A DNA stretch of 64,000 nt from Gammaproteobacteria bacterium (GCA_021647505.1 JAKIUN010000002.1:54158-118157); one strand, 5' to 3'. Counted from the stretch's first letter, positions 31,116 to 41,756 are shown. The notes: a model not told the origin generated them from the letters alone. A program made the numbers and translations.

Positions 31116-32732
31116 TTACTCCCGCTTCAACGAAGACAGGCGCGCGAAACCCTGGCGCTCGGCCGCCGCCAGTTGGCTCTCGTGGATAGTAAAAACATTA
31201 ATCACGCCATCCGGGTCATCGCAGACCTGGAGATAGTCCTTACCGTCGGTGTCTTCCCAGTACTTGGCCACGTCGACACCGGCCTTCGTTAGAATTTTCG
31301 CCATCTCTACTGCGGGCGTCCCGCTGCCAACAGCACACTGCAGCGAATCCTTGTAACGATAAACATCCACCGGGGGGCTGTCGCCGCAACCCACAGTCCA
31401 GTCAGCCACCACCAGCGATCCCTCCAGGGTTTTCACCTGTCCGATGTGGAGCAGCCTCGCCGTATCACGGACGTACACCGCAAAGAGGAAGGGCCGCTGA
31501 TCCGGGGGATAGAAGCAGGAAATGACGGGCGAGTCGGGTGAGTCACCGACACCCGCCGTAATGTTGCCAAGAATGAGGCCGAGAGGCTCATCCTCAGTAG
31601 CGGTATGTACCGCTGCCACCGCCGTGACAGCATTCAACCCTTCCTCCCCCACTTGCAGCTCGATGGACTGGCGCAAAGGCTCCAGGTAGAGAAACCCAGC
31701 ACCATTGACCGGCGTGAAGTCGGCCTGCGCCTCGCTCAGGGCAATGCCTAGGCCGGGCAACATATCATCGACCAACATCCGTTGCAGGGAAAACACTGGC
31801 AGGTCAAGGGTAGTCTGCTCAGGCGCCAGGCCCTCGGTAAGCTGCTGCCAAAATCCAGCATCCAGTCGTCCGCGAACCGTATCGAAGCTGCCAGCCGCCG
31901 GGATGATCACCACCAGCGACAGGCCGTCTTCGGCCAGCGGCACGGCCACCGCCCGGTAGTCCTCGCCCTCGGCCACCGACAGCTCGCCGCCGATGTGCAG
32001 CATGGGCACCCGGCGCTGTTCCTCGTGCTCGCCAAAGCGGCCCTCGAACAGCTCTATCGCCAGATCATCCGACCAGGCAGTCTGCAAGCGGGTGGTCTGG
32101 GCAAGGATCAGGCGGCTGCGCTCGCCGATTTCCTCCAGCGCCAGGCGGTCATCCAACGCATCCTCGATGGCGCTGCGCGCCGAGATGAAGTCATCGCGGA
32201 AGTCCAGCCCGGCCATCTCGGGACCGAACAACTCGGCCTGAGCCTGGAGATAGTCACGATGGAAACGATAACCTTGCTGGCCCCACAATAAACGCTGGCG
32301 TTCGACAGCGTCGAGATCACCGATTCGCTGTTCCCACAGGCTGAGACCGGCCAGAATCTCGGCCCTGACCGAATCCTCCAGTGACGGCCAACCACCGGCG
32401 GTAGCGATGGCCTGCAGGGTCTCGCCCCTGGCGCCAAGGGTAAGGCCAGCCAGGAGCTGCTGCACATCGAAGGGTGCAGTGAGGGTATTTCCCTCACCCG
32501 CACGAAAACGGAAATCGTCGAAGGCAAAGGCCAGATGCACCGCTGCCGGGTCGCTGGCGGCAGCGGCCACCAATGCCTCGGGCGGGGTACGCCGGTCATC
32601 GCCCGGGTAGGATTCAATGGAGACCCTGTCGTCATCGATATCGACCGGCGTGGTGGCCTCCTCGGCACAGGCGGTGAGTAGCATGGCAGCCGTAAGAAGC
32701 CACACGGGTAGCGCTTTTCGTAAGCTCAACAT
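31116..32732 (-). CDS. serpin-family lipoprotein with ~100-aa C-terminal extension
   Basis: Lipobox (LLTAC) after signal peptide; serpin N-terminal block (N.L.APF.V..LL.GL.LGARGETL..I); reactive-centre-loop hinge (EEGLNAVTAVAAVHTA); C-terminal serpin motif (DQRPFLFAVYVRDTARLLHIGQV). ATG at 32732 chosen over the upstream TTG. Confidence 0.6.
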   Translation of the reverse strand: MLSLRKALPVWLLTAAMLLTACAEEATTPVDIDDDRVSIESYPGDDRRTPPEALVAAAASDPAAVHLAFAFDDFRFRAGEGNTLTAPFDVQQLLAGLTLGARGETLQAIATAGGWPSLEDSVRAEILAGLSLWEQRIGDLDAVERQRLLWGQQGYRFHRDYLQAQAELFGPEMAGLDFRDDFISARSAIEDALDDRLALEEIGERSRLILAQTTRLQTAWSDDLAIELFEGRFGEHEEQRRVPMLHIGGELSVAEGEDYRAVAVPLAEDGLSLVVIIPAAGSFDTVRGRLDAGFWQQLTEGLAPEQTTLDLPVFSLQRMLVDDMLPGLGIALSEAQADFTPVNGAGFLYLEPLRQSIELQVGEEGLNAVTAVAAVHTATEDEPLGLILGNITAGVGDSPDSPVISCFYPPDQRPFLFAVYVRDTARLLHIGQVKTLEGSLVVADWTVGCGDSPPVDVYRYKDSLQCAVGSGTPAVEMAKILTKAGVDVAKYWEDTDGKDYLQVCDDPDGVINVFTIHESQLAAAERQGFARLSSLKRE

Positions 32733-33114
32733 CCCTTTAATTCCTTTCAAGATCAACAATACTCAACAACCACCGGCTAAAGCTGGTGGGTTAGTTTTAC
32801 GGACTGAAAGTCATAATACGGGTTTAATCCGGCCCGGCAATGGCCATCAAAACACCGTGTAGGATGCCTGTGCCAACCGTAGATGCATTAAGCGAGCCTG
32901 CAAACCACATTGGTCGAGAACGATACCCCCTCACAATGACCAGCACGCAATCTCACACGAACGATGCGGTTCACTACCGCTCATCAGCATCCTACACGAA
33001 TGACCCAAGTGCCTTTCCATAGATAATATTCCCAAACCGACTCATGTGTGCCTTGCAATACGCTTCCCTCAGGTTTAAAAAGGGATTTAAGCCCTTGCCC
33101 CAAGGAGCACGATT

Positions 33115-34274
33115 ATGACACACCACCTGCGGCGTCTCATCATTATTGCGGTTCTGCTCGCCATCGGCGCCGGGCTGGGTTGGTACTGGTCACAACCAAA
33201 GCCGGTGGTGGTGCGCCTACAAGTGGTAGAACGCGGCAGCGTGCAGTCCAGCGTCGCCAACACCCGCGCCGGCACCGTCAAGGCCTGCCGCCGTTCGCGA
33301 ATCACGCCAGCCATCGGCGGCGTGATCACCAGCCTGCCGGCCAGGGATGGCGCCACGGTGAAAAAAGGTGAGTTGCTGCTGGAGCTGTGGAATCACGACC
33401 TGATTGCCCTGGTGGAACTGGCCAAACGCGAGGCCGAAGCCAACCGCGCCCGCGCCACCGAGGCCTGCGTGGTGGCCGATGTGGCCAAGCGCGAGGCCGA
33501 TCGTATGGTGCGCCTGCGCAAACAGAACATCGCCTCCGAAGAAACCACCGAACGCGCCGTGGGTGAGGCCAAGGCCAAGGCGGCGGCCTGTCAGGCGGCG
33601 AAGACGGCCAACCTGGTCGCCGAAGCACGCATCAAAGTCGCCCGCGAAAACCTCGAACGCACCCTGATGCACGCCCCCTTCGACGGCACCATCGCCGAGG
33701 TCAACGGCGAGCTGGGCGAATTCGTCACGCCTTCGCCGCCCGGCATCGCCACCCTGCCGGTGGTAGATCTCATCGACACCACCTGTCTGACCATTTCCGC
33801 CCCCATCGACGAGGTCGACGCCCCCGCCGTGAAACCGGGTCTGACTGCGCGCCTCAGCCTCGATGCCTTCCCCGGCGAGATCTTCGACGGCCGCGTGCGG
33901 CGCATCGCCCCCTATGTGCTGGAGATCGAGAAACAGGCACGCACCGTGGACATCGAGGCGGACTTCATCAACCCCGCCGACACCGCGCGGCTGCTGCCCG
34001 GCTACAGCGCCGACGTGGAAATCATCCTGCAGACACGCGACAACGTCCTGTATATCCCCACCGAGGCCCTGCTGGAAGGTCAGCGGGTGCTGGTCTACGA
34101 CCCGGATAGCGAAACCCTGCAATCACGCGAAGTGGAAACGGGTCTGTCCAACTGGAAGCTGACGGAGATCAGCTCGGGCCTGGAAGAAGGCGAACAAGTG
34201 GTATTGTCGGTGGATCGCAAGGGTGTGGAGCCCGGCACATTGGCGATACCAGAAAGCACCGCCGGACAATCCAG

Positions 34275-34278
<4 letters not shown>
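33115..34278 (+). CDS. HlyD/MacA-family periplasmic adaptor (membrane fusion protein)
   Basis: N-terminal TM, coiled-coil hairpin, lipoyl and beta-barrel regions typical of MacA/DevB; strong RBS (AAGGAG) 8 nt upstream. Confidence 0.85.
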
Positions 34279-34948
<670 letters not shown>

Positions 34949-34952
<4 letters not shown>

Positions 34953-36157
34953 AAACCATCGATATCGCCCGTTATTCGCTGGGTTCGCTCAACGGCGCAC
35001 GCAGCCGCACAGCGCTGATGCTGCTAGCCATGTCCATCGGCGTGGCCTCGGTGCTGGTGCTCACCTCGCTGGGCGAGGCGGCACGGCGTTACGTCTCGGG
35101 CGAATTCGCCTCACTCGGCACCAATCTGGTAATCGTTCTACCGGGCCGCACGGAAACGGCTGGCGGCGAGCCCTCGATGCTGATTGGCGACACACCGCGC
35201 GCACTAACCCTCGGCGATGCCCAGGCGCTGCTACGCTCATCACTGATACGGCATGTCGCGCCGCTCAATATCGGCTCGGCGCCGGTATCCTACGGTGGAC
35301 TGGAACGCGACATCCCCATCTGGGGCTCCACGGCGGAACTGCTGGAAATACGCCACTGGAAAATGGGACTGGGCCGCTTTCTACCCAAGACCGAGTGGGA
35401 TCGCGCCAGCCCGGTGTGTGTACTGGGACAAAAGGTGCGCAAGGAACTGTTCGGCAACCAGCCGGTACTGGGCGAATGGGTGCGCATTGGCGACCGGCGC
35501 TTCCGCGTCATCGGCATCCTGGAATCGGCCGGTGAATCCCTCGGCGTCGCCGTGGAAGACATGGTCATCGTGCCGGTCGCCTCGATCCAGAGGCTGTTCA
35601 ATACCTCGTCACTGTTCCGTATTCTTGTCGAGGCGCGCTCGCGCGAGGCCATCCCCCGCGTCATCGAACACATCACCCATACCATCCGCGAACGCCATCA
35701 GGGCGAGGAAGATATCACCGTCATCACGCAAGATGCCGTACTGGCCACCTTCGACAATATCCTCCAGGCACTGACCCTTACCGTGGCAGGCATTGCCGCC
35801 ATCAGTCTTGGTGTGGCGGGTATTCTGATCATGAACGTGATGCTGGTGGCGGTGGCACAACGAACCACCGAAATTGGTCTGCTCAAGGCACTGGGCGCAC
35901 CGGAGCAACAAATCGTCAACCTGTTCCTTGCCGAAGCGGCGCTGCTGTCCCTGCTCGGTGCCGGCTTGGGTTTGGTCATCGGTCAGGTTGGCAATGGGCT
36001 GATCGGTTATTTCTATCCAGACCTGCCCATGGGCACGCCCCTGTGGGCCTTCGCCGCCGCCATTGGCGTGGCACTGGGCACCGGCCTGCTGTTTTCGCTG
36101 CTGCCGGCACGGCGTGCGGCACGGCTGGATCCGGTACAGGCACTGGCGCGACGGTGA
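34949..36157 (+). CDS. ABC transporter permease, FtsX/MacB-LolC/E family (permease 1)
   Basis: 4-TM FtsX-like topology with large periplasmic loop; GTG start overlapping the ATPase stop. Confidence 0.85.
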
Positions 36158-36286
36158 TGGTGATGCGCCCTGAAATCCAGACCAGCCACCGGATGACTTG
36201 TCCAGCGCCCGGTGGGCAATGCCCACCCTACAAATCTTGCCTCCACCCCGGTAGGAGCGGGCCATGCCCGCTAAACAGCTCTTTCT

Positions 36287-36368
36287 TGCCACAGAGGCAC
36301 GGAGAACACGGAGAACACAGAAAAATAATTGATTTATTTTTCTCCGGGCCCTCCGTGCCTCCGTGGCA
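36287..36368. repeat. 19-bp inverted repeat (ttgccacagaggcacggag / ctccgtgcctccgtggcaa) with 44-nt AT-rich loop between the two permease genes
   Basis: Near-perfect long-range inverted repeat (one mismatch: cagagg versus cctccg arm) in the 270-bp gap; contains direct repeat cacggagaacacggagaacac. Confidence 0.4.
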
Positions 36369-36427
36369 AACGGTCTTTTATCGTGGGCATGGCCCACTCC
36401 TACGAAATCGTCACAGCGGGAGGCATC

Positions 36428-37627
36428 ATGCTCACCCGTGACCTCGTCCGTCTCTCCTTTTCCTCCATCGTCGCCCACCGCCTGCGCAGCCTGCTCACGG
36501 TGCTGGGCATCAGCGTCGGTATTGGTGCAGTCGTTCTTCTCACCTCCATCGGCGAGGGCATCCACAAGTTCGTGCTCAGTGAATTCACCCAGTTCGGCAC
36601 CACCCTGATCGGCATTAACCCGGGCAAAGCCACCACCTTCGGCACCTCGCTGGGCATCATGGGCACGGTACGACCACTGAGCATCGACGACGCCGAGGCC
36701 CTGCGGCGAGTACCACACACCCGCGCCGTGGTAGCCGCCACCCAGGGTAATGCCGAGGTCAAGGCCGGTGCAAAAACCCGCCGCACCACCGTCTATGGCA
36801 TGGGGGCGGACATGCCCGTCGCCTTTTCCATGAAAGTGCAACTGGGCCAGTTCCTGCCTCACGACGACCCGCGTTCACCACGCGCCTTTGCGGTACTGGG
36901 CAGCAAGCTGAAAACAGAACTGTTCGGCACGGAAAACCCGCTGGGCAAAAAGATCCGTATCGGCGGCGACCGCTACCGGGTCATCGGCGTAATGGAGAGC
37001 AAAGGCCAGGTGCTGGGCATGGATCTGGACGACACAGTTTACATTCCCGCCGCGCGCGCACTGGAGATGTTCAACCGCACCAGCCTGATGGAAGTGGATC
37101 TGCTCTACGAGGAAGGCGCAGACGTGGATGAAGTGGTCGCCAGTATCAAGCGCATCCTTATCAACCGCCACGGCCGCGAAGACTTCACCATCACCACCCA
37201 GCAACAAATGATGGACGTGCTGGGCAACGTCCTGAATGTACTGACCTTCGCCGTCGGTGCCCTGGGCAGCATCTCCCTGCTGGTGGGCGGCATCGGCATC
37301 CTCACCATCATGACCATCGCGGTAAAGGAACGCACCAGTGAAATCGGCTTGCTGCGCGCCCTGGGTGCGGAGCGTGGGCAGATCCTGCTGCTGTTCCTCG
37401 GCGAGGCAGCGGTATTGGCCGCCATCGGCGGTATCGCCGGGCTGATCCTCGGCGTCGGCGGCGCACAGCTGTTGAGCCTCGCCCTGCCCGCCCTACCGGT
37501 GCACACACCCTGGTCTTATGTGCTGGCGGCGGAGGCTGTGGCCATTCTCATCGGCTTTGCCGCCGGTGTACTGCCCGCCCGGCGGGCGGCGGCGATGGAT
37601 CCGGTGGAGGCATTGCGGACAGAGTAA
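36428..37627 (+). CDS. ABC transporter permease, FtsX/MacB-LolC/E family (permease 2)
   Basis: Paralogous to permease 1; start reset to MLTRDLVRLSFSS (the upstream ORF extension is intergenic). Confidence 0.8.
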   Translation: MLTRDLVRLSFSSIVAHRLRSLLTVLGISVGIGAVVLLTSIGEGIHKFVLSEFTQFGTTLIGINPGKATTFGTSLGIMGTVRPLSIDDAEALRRVPHTRAVVAATQGNAEVKAGAKTRRTTVYGMGADMPVAFSMKVQLGQFLPHDDPRSPRAFAVLGSKLKTELFGTENPLGKKIRIGGDRYRVIGVMESKGQVLGMDLDDTVYIPAARALEMFNRTSLMEVDLLYEEGADVDEVVASIKRILINRHGREDFTITTQQQMMDVLGNVLNVLTFAVGALGSISLLVGGIGILTIMTIAVKERTSEIGLLRALGAERGQILLLFLGEAAVLAAIGGIAGLILGVGGAQLLSLALPALPVHTPWSYVLAAEAVAILIGFAAGVLPARRAAAMDPVEALRTE

Positions 37628-37642
37628 CGGCTTCTTCAGAGA

Positions 37643-38482
37643 TTAAATAAACACCTTCAACACATCCGAAAACTCCGGCGTACGCAGATAGCCGTAGGAC
37701 TTGTGGTTGAGGCCACCCCAGTCATTCATCACCAGATCATCCTTGACCCTCACGCCAGCGTAGTTTTTTTCGTAGTCGTCACTCAGGTGGATATCCAGTG
37801 CAACGGGATCGCGGCGGTCGGCAAAATTGGTCCAATTTTTTACGATACTGGGCGTGCGAATAATCGGGCTTTCTTTGAGAATCATGTGTTTGACATGCGG
37901 CAGACCGAGCGGTGAGCCAATGGTCACGAAATGCTCGACCGACAAGGTCGGATCTTCACGGCCCAGTTCACGCAATACGTCATAGGCAATAATGGAGCCC
38001 ATAGAGTGCGCCACCAGCATCAGGCGCTTGTCACGATTTTCGGTAATAACTTGTGTCAGACGGCCGCGTAACGCCTTGCGTATTTCCTCTTCTTTGTAAT
38101 AGCGATATAAGTCCGGCAATTTTTCCTTCAGTACTTTTTCCGCCGTTTTATCCATATCCAGTTTATCTTTCATGAAATCCAGGAAGTCACCTCCCATATC
38201 CAAGACTCGCGAACGTACATAATCTATCCAGCCATCTTTGTAATATTTTAAATCACCGCTTTTGGCCCCACGATAGGCATCCGGTTTGGGGTCAGGGCTT
38301 GGATACATCACATCCGCCCAGTGAACGGATAAAAAATCCAGCGATTCGACTGGCAGACGACTGTTTTTCTTCAGCCCTTCGAGCATCGATTGCTCCCACC
38401 ACGCCGCCAAGGTTTCCTTTTCCGGCTTGTTGGCCAAGCCATGCACACCAATGATCAACTTGCTCGATTTATTTGAACTCAT
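37643..38482 (-). CDS. alpha/beta-hydrolase-fold protein (lipase/esterase-like, GxSxG = AHSMGS), lower-GC
   Basis: LIIGVHGL oxyanion-hole-like N-terminus, nucleophile elbow VAHSMGS, Lys/Glu-rich composition atypical for this genome. Confidence 0.6.
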   Translation of the reverse strand: MSSNKSSKLIIGVHGLANKPEKETLAAWWEQSMLEGLKKNSRLPVESLDFLSVHWADVMYPSPDPKPDAYRGAKSGDLKYYKDGWIDYVRSRVLDMGGDFLDFMKDKLDMDKTAEKVLKEKLPDLYRYYKEEEIRKALRGRLTQVITENRDKRLMLVAHSMGSIIAYDVLRELGREDPTLSVEHFVTIGSPLGLPHVKHMILKESPIIRTPSIVKNWTNFADRRDPVALDIHLSDDYEKNYAGVRVKDDLVMNDWGGLNHKSYGYLRTPEFSDVLKVFI

Positions 38483-38588
38483 TTTCTCTCTCTCCCTTTG
38501 ATTTATTTTGTCGGACGATGCTACCGCTACGACAAATAGGATGCAAAGGATGGGTCGAAAATCAGAGACAAATGGTCATATCACACTT

Positions 38589-38611
38589 TGTGTGTGTGTG
38601 GGGGGGGGGGG
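38589..38611. repeat. simple-sequence tract (GT)5-6 followed by G12 homopolymer in the hydrolase promoter region
   Basis: tgtgtgtgtgtgggggggggggg read directly; located 107-129 bp upstream of the hydrolase start on its template. Confidence 0.9.
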
Positions 38612-38649
38612 AATGCAGATGATAAGGGCCGTGCTATGTCCGGGGGGAG

Positions 38650-39435
38650 TTAAATGGCCGCTGCGACTTCCCGCAGCCGCTGAAGCTGTGATTCCCTACG
38701 CATGACATCCTTCATGGCCCTTTTGAAAAAGGGGCGCAAGGTGGATTTCAGGTGTTTTACCGCCTCACGGGCCGGGATGTTTTTCAGGCAACAGAAGATC
38801 GCCAGTGCATAGGTCACATCAAACTGGGACAGGTAGTTTTCACGTTCGACGGCCGGCCCGGAACAGCTGCCGCAGGATCGAATCCTGGCGGTATTGGCGC
38901 TGTCCGCCATGACCACGCCGAAGCCCATGAACACGGCCAGCAGCTCCGTCACATGAGGCCAGTTTTCTTCGCCGCCGGGCGGGGGCTCGTTGGCCGTGGT
39001 GCCGAGATAGTGGGCCAGGGTATGTGCGAAGTGGGCGATCATGACCTCCGGATCGCGTAGCTGATCCGCACGATAGATGATCGGCAGGGGTTGCGCCGCC
39101 TCCACCGCAATGGGCATCGCTCCCTCCATCGCCCGGACCAGGCCTGCAACCGGCAGGATCCGGAGCGGCAACTCCTCCACGACATCCTCATCCACCAGTT
39201 GACAGGGCCAGTGTTGCATGCTGGCAAAAAACCTGACCCTGTCGAAGATCAATCCGCTCATGCCCTCGGGGCTGGATTCCCGGCCGGGAAAATGTGCGTT
39301 GCTGGGCGTCACCAGGATCGTCTCGTCACGGAAGATCCGTGCATCGAAGTTGCGTAGCGCCCAGGCGAAGCTGTCGAACATCCATTGCACAGTGGCTTCA
39401 TCGAGCAGCTGGGTTGGTTTCAGAAACGGGAACAA
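38650..39435 (-). CDS. hypothetical protein (261 aa)
   Basis: Long ORF with genome-typical GC and codon usage, no recognisable motifs; co-directional and immediately upstream of the hydrolase. Confidence 0.45.
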   Translation of the reverse strand: MFPFLKPTQLLDEATVQWMFDSFAWALRNFDARIFRDETILVTPSNAHFPGRESSPEGMSGLIFDRVRFFASMQHWPCQLVDEDVVEELPLRILPVAGLVRAMEGAMPIAVEAAQPLPIIYRADQLRDPEVMIAHFAHTLAHYLGTTANEPPPGGEENWPHVTELLAVFMGFGVVMADSANTARIRSCGSCSGPAVERENYLSQFDVTYALAIFCCLKNIPAREAVKHLKSTLRPFFKRAMKDVMRRESQLQRLREVAAAI

Positions 39436-39882
39436 GGCATCGCCTCCATGTGGTGAAAGGGCTTGGGGAAGGTCTGCGAAAAAACGGACATGCTGTAGAT
39501 CATACGGGAAGTTTATCCCGGATTCCGCTGCATTTCATCCAGGCTACGGCACCGGCCAGCCACTCGTTGTAGGTGTGCTCCATCAGATCACTGGTGATCG
39601 CTTGTATGGAAAAGGCTCTCGTCCCGAGTCACTGGTCAAGGCGACACAGCCATCCACAGGCCGAAAAATACCGCAATAACACACTGTCACCGGTACAGCA
39701 TTTTCGTTACATTTTTTCCAGTCAGCGATATCGGCGGCAGCGGTATTTTTTCATCTCATTAGGATGCCGAAAGTTTGCTAGACTCTCAGACTCAGGGTAT
39801 GACCGGAGGGGAGGGCGGTAGCAATGCTGCGTAGCCTTCATGTCGCTCCGGTATTTAGTTCGCATTTTCAAGGAAATACACA

Positions 39883-40164
39883 ATGAACAGGAAAGTCATT
39901 GCCCTGGCGGTACTGCTCAGTGTCGCAACGCCTTTGATCAGCCATGCAGGATCGATAAGATCCGCAGAAGAAAATAGGGTGGCGGAGATCGGGCTTGTTG
40001 CCGGGACAGGCCAGGACAGCGTCTTTGAAGAGATCGAGAGCAGCACACTGGAAAAAACGGCCGTCTCTGCGGCGGCTGGGGCTGCCATCGGCTCGGTCTG
40101 GCCGGGCCCCGGCACCGCCATTGGCTTTGTGGTCGGCGGTATCTACGGATTTTTCTTCCGTTAA
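39883..40164 (+). CDS. small secreted protein with C-terminal glycine-zipper hydrophobic segment (93 aa)
   Basis: Signal peptide MNRKVIALAVLLSVATPLISHA; C-terminus AAAGAAIGSVWPGPGTAIGFVVGGIYGFFF (GxxxG repeats). Confidence 0.5.
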   Translation: MNRKVIALAVLLSVATPLISHAGSIRSAEENRVAEIGLVAGTGQDSVFEEIESSTLEKTAVSAAAGAAIGSVWPGPGTAIGFVVGGIYGFFFR

Positions 40165-40194
40165 CCCTCTCTCCTTTCCTTTACAGGGCACAGC

Positions 40195-40944
40195 ATGAAC
40201 ATCAGTTCCCGCTTCAGCGAATTCGGCATGACGGGCGCATTTTTCTGGATTGCGCAGATCATCTATTTCACCCTTGTGCACGACACAGAATTACAACAAC
40301 TGACGCCAGGCTGGATCGCATCACTCAACCACTATCAAACCCTCACCGAGGCCCTGCCACAGACCTTCAAGGACGTCGCCGGTTCCCTGCTTACAGCCTT
40401 TGGCCTCATCGGCATCTTCGTCACCGGCTTGATATTGAATCTGCTCGGTTCCTATTTTTTCCTCTTCGAGGACATCTACCTCAATCGTCACCTGAAAAAA
40501 AACCACGACTGGCTGGACAAGATGGTCAATGCATGCCCTGGTGCCGTCCATGACGACTATTTCAAATTACGCGAAGAATTCGGCGCCAATATTTTCGTTT
40601 CCGCCCGCCAGGGCCTCAAACGCCTTCAGCTCACCGGCTGTTGTACGAGGATGCAGTCTTTCCTGTTTTCCTATATCCATGTCTTCAGCGGCAACGGCTC
40701 ACCAGAAGTACTCAGCGACCATGTGCACCTGTGGCGCACCGCGCGCGCCATCGGCATTACCTTTTGGGTGCTCAGCATCGAGATTCTGATATTTGGCCTA
40801 CATGGCTCGGAATGGATAGCCATACTGCTGGCCCTACTCCTGTTCCTGGTAGCCATTTACACCACGCTGCGTTCCTACAACCGCATGTGCCACACGCTGT
40901 TTACTCTGGCTTGCGCCACCTACAGCAAGCAGCAGGACAAGTGA
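40195..40944 (+). CDS. hypothetical polytopic membrane protein (249 aa)
   Basis: Several predicted TM helices; 30 bp downstream of the small secreted protein gene, likely co-transcribed. Confidence 0.5.
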   Translation: MNISSRFSEFGMTGAFFWIAQIIYFTLVHDTELQQLTPGWIASLNHYQTLTEALPQTFKDVAGSLLTAFGLIGIFVTGLILNLLGSYFFLFEDIYLNRHLKKNHDWLDKMVNACPGAVHDDYFKLREEFGANIFVSARQGLKRLQLTGCCTRMQSFLFSYIHVFSGNGSPEVLSDHVHLWRTARAIGITFWVLSIEILIFGLHGSEWIAILLALLLFLVAIYTTLRSYNRMCHTLFTLACATYSKQQDK

Positions 40945-41072
40945 ACCATAAACATCCCCGGGGCAAGCCTTCTCGCTGATACTCGACTTTCGCTGCGTGA
41001 AAGCGGGGTATTTTCAGAGCAGTGCTAACTGATAGTTCTCATGAATTTTCGTATATTCTTGCCCTTGGTTTT

Positions 41073-41312
41073 TTATGGTTTTTTACATGAGCCCCCTATC
41101 ATCTTTTCATTTCTATGCTTTCCTACCGTCGTTGCAAAATAACCATCTGTCCAAAACTCACCACCCCATAACAGCTTCTTTACATGTGGACACTTCTTGA
41201 ATACCTCTCGAGCGGTTAAGGTCTTGATCATGGCCACTAATTTCACAACACTATACGTCGGTACTACTGAACTAAAAATGAACGTGGTCTTTATCCGTAC
41301 CAATTTCCACAA
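41073..41312 (-). pseudogene. IS200/IS605-family (REP-associated tyrosine transposase-like) TnpA fragment
   Basis: …VVPTYSVVKLVAMIKTLTAREVFKKCPHVKKLLWGGEFWTDGYFATTVGKHRNEKMI… matches the C-terminal half of IS200-like TnpA (PK.SVS..V..IKG.TAR..F...P..KK.LWGG.FWS.GYF..TVG); N-terminal HUH half and true C-terminus missing. Confidence 0.55.
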
Positions 41313-41584
41313 ACTGAACCTAATAACAGTTTTCTATCTCAAGACATATTTCCGACAGCGCTCTGCCAACCCCTTTATCAAAAACTACTCGACGATAACT
41401 AACTGTAAATAGAAAATGATATAGGAGAACTATTACATAGTGGTTCTTATGGATATATTGACTCATCCGCCCACTTTACGCCGCAAGCGGCGGGGAATAA
41501 AACCCAAGAAATTTAGGGATATCACGCGGCAGGAGGGATCGCTCCTACGTGCCGAGAGCTAAGGAACGTACACATTCCTTAGCT

Positions 41585-41611
41585 CCGTAACTGGATATTG
41601 TCGATCAGGCG
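41585..41611. repeat. 27-bp duplicate of the panC 3' coding end (att-like left repeat)
   Basis: ccgtaactggatattgtcgatcaggcg identical to 53622-53648 inside the panC 3' end; followed by an 11-bp-stem hairpin (gagctaaggaa…ttccttagctc). Confidence 0.7.
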
Positions 41612-41709
41612 GGCCGGCCACGGCGAAGATAACCAGCTCAGCAGCAACGCAAGCGCTGCCTGCCTCCCCCTACCCCCTACGGGTTTCTCATAGGAAGTAG
41701 TTTCTGGTA

Positions 41710-41753
41710 CCCTGCATAATCCCTGCATAATCCCTGCATAACCCCTGTATAAC
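41710..41753. repeat. 4 tandem 11-bp repeats (ccctgcataat x2, ccctgcataac, ccctgtataac)
   Basis: Read directly; 107-150 bp upstream of bcsG. Confidence 0.9.
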
Positions 41754-41756
41754 CAA

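Noticed and set aside
35609-36862. 417-aa minus-strand ORF
   Set aside because: Antisense to the two FtsX permease genes and the gap between them; Gly/His-rich.
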